Positions 20,085 through 25,903 of a stretch of 51,015 nucleotides of DNA are shown here, piece after piece (the stretch's first letter is position 1; every line of letters begins with the position of its first letter). This stretch comes from Planctomycetota bacterium. Its GTDB lineage: Bacteria > Planctomycetota > SZUA-567 > H5-PLA8. A program made the position numbers and the translations under genes. A model generated the notes under the pieces. It made no database searches. It saw only the letters and a list, made by a program, of their open reading frames with translations, and was not told the DNA's origin. Where the stretch lies: NCBI GenBank assembly GCA_038227875.1, contig JBBRPR010000059.1, forward strand, positions 1 to 51,015, given 5' to 3'.

Positions 20085-21101
20085 TCACTGTACGACAATT
20101 TCCCACGCTGTATTGGTGATTCGTTCCACACCAATTTTGACGTCCAGAAACTTCTGGATGACTTCGCAATTCGTCAGCGTGTGCGGCGTGGGTTCGAGCG
20201 TGCGAAATGCGCCACCGCGCGCCATCGCCAGCGGCAACAGCAACTGATCGGCGAGATGCGTGCCGACCGGCGCGTCGGTGCGGAGGTACTCGCGCGCTTC
20301 CTTGGCCGCCTGATGTGCAACGGCTTCCGCGCTGACGCCACGCTCACCGAATCCCGTGAAGACTTCCGTGACGTGTTCGCTTTCGACGATAACCTGCGCG
20401 ATGTTGCCTGGCCCGATCGCCGTCGTGATCTCGTCGAGCAACCGCGCGCTCTTATCGAGTTCGAGCGCCGCGACCATCACTTCCAACTCGCGATGCGCGA
20501 TGTTGCGCGGCAGCGCGGAAATGCGCGCGACGGCTGTGGTCGCGCGATGCGCGCCACGTTCGCGCAGTTCCAGCGGCGAGAGTTTTTCGACGGGCGTGAT
20601 CGCGACGGTGACTTCGCCGCCACCGGCTGGATAGAAGCCCGGACGGACGAGCGTCGCATCCACGCGCGCGCCCATGCGGGCGAGCAGCGGCAGGAATGCT
20701 TTGGCGAGGAAATCAAACGGCGGCGCCGCCGGATTGTGCGTGCCGCCGCCCAAGGTCAGCGTCGACGGCGCACTGGCCGTGAGCAGCGTCGGCAGCACTG
20801 TCTGCAGCACGAGCATGGCGCTGCCGGCCGTGCCGACCGCAAACGCGTACGTCCCCGCGCGGCGCGTGGTCGGCTTGAACGTCAGTTCCATCGCACCGAG
20901 CGCCACGCCGGAGACATCAGCGCCGCCGATTTCCGCGGCCGCCTGAACGGCGGTGAGATGCTGCCGCAGCAGGCCAGGCTTCTTGCGGCCGGCGCGGATG
21001 TTCTTGATCGTGAACGGCTGGCCGGTCAGCACGGAAAGGCTGAGTGCCGAGCGGAGGATCTGGCCGCCGCCTTCGCCTGAGGATCCGTCTAGAGTTATCA
21101 T
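20085..21101 (-). CDS. rtcA: RNA 3'-terminal phosphate cyclase
   Basis: MITLDGSSGEGGGQILRSAL, IRAGRKKPGLLRQHL, GFYPAGGG, HLADQ, HTLTN. ATG 21101 has an AAGGA RBS; the track start at 21122 lies in a repeat. Confidence 0.97.
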   Translation of the reverse strand: MITLDGSSGEGGGQILRSALSLSVLTGQPFTIKNIRAGRKKPGLLRQHLTAVQAAAEIGGADVSGVALGAMELTFKPTTRRAGTYAFAVGTAGSAMLVLQTVLPTLLTASAPSTLTLGGGTHNPAAPPFDFLAKAFLPLLARMGARVDATLVRPGFYPAGGGEVTVAITPVEKLSPLELRERGAHRATTAVARISALPRNIAHRELEVMVAALELDKSARLLDEITTAIGPGNIAQVIVESEHVTEVFTGFGERGVSAEAVAHQAAKEAREYLRTDAPVGTHLADQLLLPLAMARGGAFRTLEPTPHTLTNCEVIQKFLDVKIGVERITNTAWEIVVQ

Positions 21102-21115
21102 TGGTTTCCTTAACG

Positions 21116-21170
21116 GAGTCATTGGTCATTGGGTATTGGTCATCGGTCATTTTTCATTTACGAGGAGCGG
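21116..21170. repeat. Left 55-bp inverted repeat built from GTCATTG-type heptamers
   Basis: 53/55 identical to the reverse complement of 21759-21813. Confidence 0.9.
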
Positions 21171-21211
21171 CGGATTGCGCTCAGCGTTCAGTCGTTTGCT
21201 CTTTACAAATG

Positions 21212-21682
21212 CTATTCCACAGACAAATTCGGCGCAAAGCGATGCACAAGCTTCAGGAGTTCCACTGGACTAAGTTCGAGATACATCACAAAGAGTTGAA
21301 TCTCTCCTGCCTTTCGAGACAACAACACACACGTATGTTCCGTCGCGTATGCCTTGGAAATATCCGACCATTTACCCGTCATATTGTTTGTAGAAAATCC
21401 CTCTCGTGTAAATTTGATCACAGGCGTGGCCGCCGAATTCCGTCTGGCAAAAAAGACAAGTAGCGCGAGTACTGTCGACACAATTGCCAACGGTAGTCCA
21501 AACGTTCTCGCCATGAGAACCGTTACCGGTTGGCTCGATGAGAGCCCAACCAGATAAAATCCAATAGCAACCGCGGCCGCTAACGCGAACAACAGCGACT
21601 GGTTTGATTTCTTCTTCTGACTCTCAAATATCTCTATGCTCCCGTCTGGACATTCGACACACAGCTCTAATGGATTTGCCAT
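21212..21682 (-). CDS. Hypothetical protein with two TM helices (cargo between the inverted repeats)
   Basis: 156-aa ORF with two hydrophobic segments; visibly AT-richer than rtcA and rtcB. Confidence 0.7.
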   Translation of the reverse strand: MANPLELCVECPDGSIEIFESQKKKSNQSLLFALAAAVAIGFYLVGLSSSQPVTVLMARTFGLPLAIVSTVLALLVFFARRNSAATPVIKFTREGFSTNNMTGKWSDISKAYATEHTCVLLSRKAGEIQLFVMYLELSPVELLKLVHRFAPNLSVE

Positions 21683-21758
21683 AATCTATTTCCTGAACAA
21701 CACCACTTGTACAATCTCACTTACGGAGAGCGTTCGACGGCACGATTGACTCCCCACC

Positions 21759-21813
21759 CCGCTCCTCGTAAATGAAAAATGACAAATGACCAATACCCAA
21801 TGACCAATGACTC
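21759..21813. repeat. Right 55-bp inverted repeat
   Basis: CCGCTCCTCGTAAATGAAAAATGACAAATGACCAATACCCAATGACCAATGACTC, starting 4 nt after the rtcB stop. Confidence 0.9.
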
Positions 21814-21817
21814 TTTT

Positions 21818-23320
21818 CTAATCATCCGCCTGCGAGCCATCCTTGATCACGAAGCGCGCATTGAGCTTCGCGACCGTGCGCGCCAATCCGGCCGCGGTGA
21901 CGCTGCGGAGGACTTCCGTGAAATCCTTGTACGCGGCGGGGGCTTCGTCGCGGGGGTATTCGCGGCAGTTGGTCAGGATGTCGTGGTCCACGAACTCCTG
22001 GTCGATCTTCTTCTGATCGAGCGCCCGCGTCGCGGCCTTGCGGCCCATCGCTCGTCCGGCGCCGTGGTTGACGCTAAAGCAGCTCTTTTCGGCGCCCGCT
22101 TCGGCCACCATCACCACGCTGCCGTCGCGCGGGTTTCCGGGAAGCAGAATCGGGTGGCCGGTCTTCTCGAAGACCGTGTCCTTCAGCGCGTGATGATGCG
22201 CCGGAAATGCGCGCGTCGCGCCTTTGCGGTGCACCCACGAAACGGTGTTCTTCACCACTTCCTCGCGCGCGATGTTGTGGCTGATGAAATAAACCAGGTG
22301 GCCCTTCACACCGGGAATGATTTCCTGGAACGCTTCCAGCACCAGCGCGTTGATCAGCAAATGATTGATCGTGGCGAAGTTCGCGCCCAGCGACATGTCG
22401 TCGATGTACGCGTCGGCTTCGGGCGTACCCAGCGGCGCGTAGACCAGTTCGCGGTCTTCACCCGGAAGCGGAATGTTCCACTGCGCGAACTTGTGCTGCA
22501 GCGCTCGGAACTGTCCCATCGCCAGGTTGTGACCAAAGCCGCGCGAACCGCAGTGCGACAGGAACGCCACGCGGCCGTCGAGCAGACCGAAGTTGTCGGC
22601 CGTGCCCGCGTTCTTTTCGCGGTCCTGGAGTTCCACGACTTCGCATTCGCCGAAGTGGTTTCCGCCACCGTACGAACCGAGCTGGCCAATCTTGTCGGCG
22701 AAGTTGGAGAACTCACGCTGCGTCAGCAGGTAGTCCAGACGGTTGGCCAGCGCGTCGTGCGTATGGTCATGACCGGTGTGCGCCGAATCTTCGCAGCGCT
22801 GCGCCCATTCGGGCGGAATGCCGACCGCGGCGCAAACCTCACGCGACGCACCTTCCACCACCGCGCGCTTTCCGAGCGCGGCGTCGATGTGGCGGGACTT
22901 CTTCACCGAACGCTGCCCCTTCCCTGCACCAGTCGGCAGACGGGAGACGATGGCGTTGATCAATTCGCGGCGGACTTCGCGGCCGAGAATCTGATCGGCC
23001 GGGAGGTCGAGCTGCAGGAGGCTCATCGAGCACTTGATGTCCACGCCCACTGGACCCGGATAGATGTGGGTTGGCGAAACCATGACACAGCCTACCGGCG
23101 CGCCGTAGCCGAGATGCGCGTCGGGGTTAAGGACGAGGTCGGTCACGCCCGGCGCCAGGCGCGAGTTGATCGCCTGCTGCAGGCAGCCGGCGTCGAAGCC
23201 GTTGCGGATGGATTCGGTGCCGATGACGGTGATCGGCTTGGTGACATCGTTGGTCACTGGGAGGAGCGCAGTGGCTTCGCCGGTGGGGATCAGAGCGGGC
23301 TTGTGTTCGGGAAGGTTCAT
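21818..23320 (-). CDS. rtcB: RtcB-family RNA ligase
   Basis: PDAHLGYGAPVG, VGVDIKC, GGGNHF, HCGSRG, SHN, HRKGAT, HGAGR, DEAPAAYKD. Confidence 0.95.
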   Translation of the reverse strand: MNLPEHKPALIPTGEATALLPVTNDVTKPITVIGTESIRNGFDAGCLQQAINSRLAPGVTDLVLNPDAHLGYGAPVGCVMVSPTHIYPGPVGVDIKCSMSLLQLDLPADQILGREVRRELINAIVSRLPTGAGKGQRSVKKSRHIDAALGKRAVVEGASREVCAAVGIPPEWAQRCEDSAHTGHDHTHDALANRLDYLLTQREFSNFADKIGQLGSYGGGNHFGECEVVELQDREKNAGTADNFGLLDGRVAFLSHCGSRGFGHNLAMGQFRALQHKFAQWNIPLPGEDRELVYAPLGTPEADAYIDDMSLGANFATINHLLINALVLEAFQEIIPGVKGHLVYFISHNIAREEVVKNTVSWVHRKGATRAFPAHHHALKDTVFEKTGHPILLPGNPRDGSVVMVAEAGAEKSCFSVNHGAGRAMGRKAATRALDQKKIDQEFVDHDILTNCREYPRDEAPAAYKDFTEVLRSVTAAGLARTVAKLNARFVIKDGSQADD

Positions 23321-23329
23321 GGTTTTTAA

Positions 23330-23608
23330 TCTCTCGCAAAGACGCTAAGACGCAAAGACGCAAAGAACGGTGGTTTTAGCTGGACTGGCTTCGGTCGGAC
23401 GCTTTCCTTGTTCATAGGCGAAATGTTACGGAATGTTACAAAATGTTACATCGAACGGGGGCGGTTTTGTAATCTCGCGCAAAGCCGCAAAGGCGCAAAG
23501 AACGGCTCGGATTGAGGCGGACGGAAATGGGGGCTGAGCGTTCTTGTTCATAGGCGAAATGTTACCGAATGTTACAAAATGTTACATCAAATGGGGCCTG
23601 TTTTGTAA
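23330..23608. repeat. Duplicated intergenic unit: CGCAAAG(A/G/C) octamer runs plus a 66-bp block containing (AATGTTAC)x3
   Basis: 66-bp blocks at 23407-23472 and 23543-23608 (offset 136). Octamer runs at about 23335-23370 and 23478-23505. Confidence 0.85.
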
Positions 23609-23781
23609 CCCGTGCCGACGAGTGATTGGCGGAACATCGCGCTCACCTTGAGCTTCGGCACGTTCGACAGGCTCAGTGCAAGCCCATACGACAGGCTCAG
23701 TGCAAGCCGTCTCAGCCGGCGGAATTCGAACCCGCGCCTCGTGGTTTTAAGCCATGTAGTTTCACCGGCATTCGACACGGG
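23609..23781 (-). ncRNA. Y8: YrlA-like Y RNA with an anticodon-like arm (UAA) and a repeat insert
   Basis: 5' CCCGUGUCGAAUGC pairs with 3' GUCGGCACGGG. T-arm GCGGG-UUCGAAU-UCCGC lies 5' of D-arm GCUC-AAGGU-GAGC (permuted order). Hairpin UGG-CUUAAAA-CCA. Confidence 0.8.
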
Positions 23782-23783
23782 GA

Positions 23784-24242
23784 TCATTTTTCGGTTTCCA
23801 ATTCGTGCAACTTTTCAAAGTAGGCTCTATTCCTTTGGTGTGTGTTGAAGTACATACCGTCGTCGACCAGGTAGGCGCGCAATGTTTTCTCACATTCCGT
23901 TTTTAAGTCTTCCATCACATTGATTAGAACGATGATCGCAGTAGCAAATTCTTCGTCCTCTGCATCCATTAATTTGTGCGCATCTTTCCAGACAATGGCG
24001 ATTTTGCGTTCGGAAAGATCCGCGATCCCATTGAAAAGGGAGTCTTTGATTGCTTCCCACCCACCGAAGACGATGGGCGGATTTAGCGGGAGGTGCTCTT
24101 TGATAACGCGCACAAAGTCCGCGTTAGACGCAATGGAATCCAGCCTGAAGACGCAAAACTCCTCCTTTACGAGCTGACGATGTAACGCGTCCAATCGTTC
24201 TTCGGGCAGATGGCACGCCCACGATCCTTCCTCGAGAGTCAT
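23784..24242 (-). CDS. Barstar-family (barnase inhibitor-like) protein
   Basis: FRLDSIASNADFVRVIKEHLPL...GGWEAIKDSL...IAIVWKDAHKL follows the barstar pattern (xWDALxDxL...IVW). Confidence 0.7.
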   Translation of the reverse strand: MTLEEGSWACHLPEERLDALHRQLVKEEFCVFRLDSIASNADFVRVIKEHLPLNPPIVFGGWEAIKDSLFNGIADLSERKIAIVWKDAHKLMDAEDEEFATAIIVLINVMEDLKTECEKTLRAYLVDDGMYFNTHQRNRAYFEKLHELETEK

Positions 24243-24622
24243 GCGGACAACTCCTCAATCATTTCAACACACGCTGGATCAAAATCCAGTCCTCGGTGCG
24301 TATGGCAATCGGAGCTTTCTGTACCCACTTCATGTCCATTCGCACACAGTGTGTTTCGTCCGCTGAATCCGGACGGGCCGCAACAGCCGAACAGTCTTTT
24401 GGGATCGGGATGATGTCTGGTGTTGATTGCGTCATCCAGATTAATTACCGCATGACCCGATTCAAATCCGATCGCTAACTTGTCCGCGATCGCAAAATGT
24501 CCGAGCGGAAGATAGTCACAACCGGTGTCTTCAAAGGCCAGCTTCGTGCGATCAACCAACTCCACAACCGGATTGGAGAGAGGAAGCTTGCAGATCGCGC
24601 AGCGGAAGATCATGTTTTCCAT
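24239..24622 (-). CDS. Cys-rich hypothetical protein, possibly a Zn-binding Yippee/Mis18-like fold
   Basis: FRCAICKLPL...GCCGPSG...NTLCANGHEVGTESSDC. ATG 24622 has an AAGGGAG RBS (alternative start 24640). Its stop overlaps the barstar ATG. Confidence 0.65.
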   Translation of the reverse strand: MENMIFRCAICKLPLSNPVVELVDRTKLAFEDTGCDYLPLGHFAIADKLAIGFESGHAVINLDDAINTRHHPDPKRLFGCCGPSGFSGRNTLCANGHEVGTESSDCHTHRGLDFDPACVEMIEELSA

Positions 24623-24645
24623 GTGGCAAGCTCCCTTCATTATAA

Positions 24646-24775
24646 TCAGACGCGACTATCGTTTGCGGAAAGAGCATGCTCTACCGCTGAGCTACGATCC
24701 CAGTGCGTTTCCGCCGCTGGAACCGACGGGAATTGAACCCGCGACACTGTACTTCCTCGCTGCATTCGCGCCTGA
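24646..24775 (-). ncRNA. Y7: YrlA-like Y RNA (permuted tRNA mimic)
   Basis: UCAGGCGCGAAUGC...UAGUCGCGUCUGA stem; T-arm GCGGG-UUCAAUU-CCCGU; closed acceptor CGGUUCC/GGGAUCG; D-arm UA-GCUC-AGCGGUA-GAGC. Confidence 0.85.
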
Positions 24776-24782
24776 CTGCATA

Positions 24783-24898
24783 TTCGGCGACTAAAAGTTG
24801 AGAAACGTTTCCGCTGTCCTGATTTGGACGACCGCTTGCGCGGCCGGGACTCTCACCCGGATCTGCGGCTTGATGTAGTTCCTCGGGCATTCGCCGAG
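24783..24898 (-). ncRNA. Y6: compact YrlA-like Y RNA
   Basis: CUCGGCGAAUGC...UAGUCGCCGAA stem; T-arm CCGGG-UGAGAGU-CCCGG; acceptor CCGC-GCAA-GCGG; D-arm GUCC-AAAUCA-GGAC. Confidence 0.82.
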
Positions 24899-25013
24899 CA
24901 CTTTTGTTCCTCATAAGACTTCGCACTTTGTTAGGATATCACGCCGGTATTCATCTGTAAAGCGGATTGTAGATTTATTCCTTGTATTTCGGTTGTTGCT
25001 TCCTTAAGTACGA

Positions 25014-25348
25014 GTGACGACAAAGGGTTGGTGAAATCTATACGCGCTCGCCATGAGCTACGGCCCCGTCTTTTGTGGCCTGTGGATTCGGGCGCTTTGG
25101 CCACAACCCTTTCAGGGTTGTCGCGCTGGCGCGGGCTCGTCGACCCAGGGCAGCGCTGCGGCGCAACCCTGGGCTTTGTAGCCGTTACCTCTTCGAGGTA
25201 AGTGAAGGCGGCGGCGCTTCGCGCTCATCCTTCACCTCAGTCCTCAGTCCTCAGTCCTCGGCCCTCAGTCCTTTCCGTTATGAAGCCGGCGGGAATCGAA
25301 CCCGCTCCTCGTTCTCCTAAAGAATGTAGTTCCACCGGCATTCGTCAC
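25014..25348 (-). ncRNA. Y5: YrlA-like Y RNA with an anticodon-like arm (UAG) and a 214-nt insert in the acceptor loop
   Basis: GUGACGAAUGC...UUGUCGUCAC stem; UUC-UUUAGGA-GAA hairpin; T-arm GCGGG-UUCGAUU-CCCGC; acceptor CGGCUUC/GGGGCCG; D-arm GCUC-AUGGC-GAGC. Confidence 0.78.
25068..25281. repeat. REP-like hairpin cluster plus (CCTCAGT)x5 inside Y5
   Basis: Hairpins ACAACCCT-TTC-AGGGTTGT (25103-25121), CCCAGGG...CCCTGGG (25144-25173) and TTACCTC-TTC-GAGGTAA (25185-25201); heptamers at 25235-25269. Confidence 0.75.
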
Positions 25349-25383
25349 AAGCTTGGTGTAACTCGCTGCGCTCGTTTTTTGGA

Positions 25384-25405
25384 CCGGGCGGGACGCCCGG
25401 ACTAC
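25384..25405 (-). repeat. GTAG-type REP-like palindrome
   Basis: The minus strand reads GTAG-T-CCGGGCG-TCC-CGCCCGG. Confidence 0.6.
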
Positions 25406-25413
25406 GAACAGTA

Positions 25414-25507
25414 ATGGCGACAAAATTGGCGAGAGTCTGCCCCCGGTTTCCCGGGCTGGGATTCGAACCCACGGCGTGCCGATGTACTCCCCACACGCAT
25501 TCGCCAC
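25414..25507 (-). ncRNA. Y4: Y-RNA-like element with a T-arm and GAAA hairpin, no D-arm
   Basis: GUGGCGAAUGC...GGGGAGUACAU...UGGG-UUCGAAU-CCCA...CCGG-GAAA-CCGG...ACUCUC...UUGUCGCCAU. Confidence 0.78.
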
Positions 25508-25541
25508 GTCTGTTTCTCAACATTTTTGAACCCTGCAAAAT

Positions 25542-25634
25542 ATGGCGACTAAGTTTGGAGAGAGTTGCCGTCGGTTTCCCGATTTGGGGTTCGACCCCCA
25601 GGCGTCGATGTACTCCCTGACCAGCATTCGCCAC
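25542..25634 (-). ncRNA. Y3: Y-RNA-like element with a T-like arm and GAAA hairpin, no D-arm
   Basis: GUGGCGAAUGC...GGGAGUACAU...UGGGG-GUCGAA-CCCCA...UCGG-GAAA-CCGA...ACUCUC...UAGUCGCCAU; a paralog of Y4 with compensatory changes. Confidence 0.78.
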
Positions 25635-25665
25635 GTTTCAGATTAAACAGTCACACTCTCCAGAA

Positions 25666-25732
25666 GCACGCCGACTAAGATTAATTTCGAGACGTCATTT
25701 TCAAGATGTAGTCCCGAAGGCATTCGGCGCAC
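25666..25732 (-). ncRNA. Y2: minimal Y-RNA-like element (Ro-type stem only, 67 nt)
   Basis: GUGCGCCGAAUGCCUUCGGGACUACAU...GUCUCGAA...UUAGUCGGCGUGC. Confidence 0.7.
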
Positions 25733-25748
25733 GTATTCCATTTTAAAA

Positions 25749-25817
25749 CCGTGCCGACTAAGACTTCTTGTGGAGACGCGACATGGGTTAATGTAGTCCC
25801 CGCTGCATTCGGCCCGG
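25749..25817 (-). ncRNA. Y1: minimal Y-RNA-like element (Ro-type stem only, 69 nt)
   Basis: CCGGGCCGAAUGCAGCGGGGACUACAU...GUCUCCAC...UUAGUCGGCACGG. Confidence 0.7.
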
Positions 25818-25903
25818 AATTGTCACTGTTCATAGCACCCATTTGTCGCCCCGTGTGAATGGGGCGACCTGCGTGCTATTTTCCTAATGCCGATCCCATC
25901 AGT

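Noticed and set aside
24646..24775. Canonical tRNA or tRNA pseudogene calls for Y5-Y8
   Set aside because: The T-arm lies 5' of the D-arm and the acceptor stem is closed by a loop inside a Ro-type stem. This is YrlA topology, not a linear tRNA.
24681..25634. Short track ORFs across the RNA array (e.g. 24681..24926, 25265..25507, 25317..25634; also 23587..23787)
   Set aside because: No protein motifs or RBS, and they overlap structured RNA units and repeats.
23609..25817. CRISPR array interpretation of the recurring ATGTAGT...GCATTCG motif
   Set aside because: Units vary from 67 to 335 nt, are not identical repeats, conserve pairing rather than sequence, and no cas genes are present.
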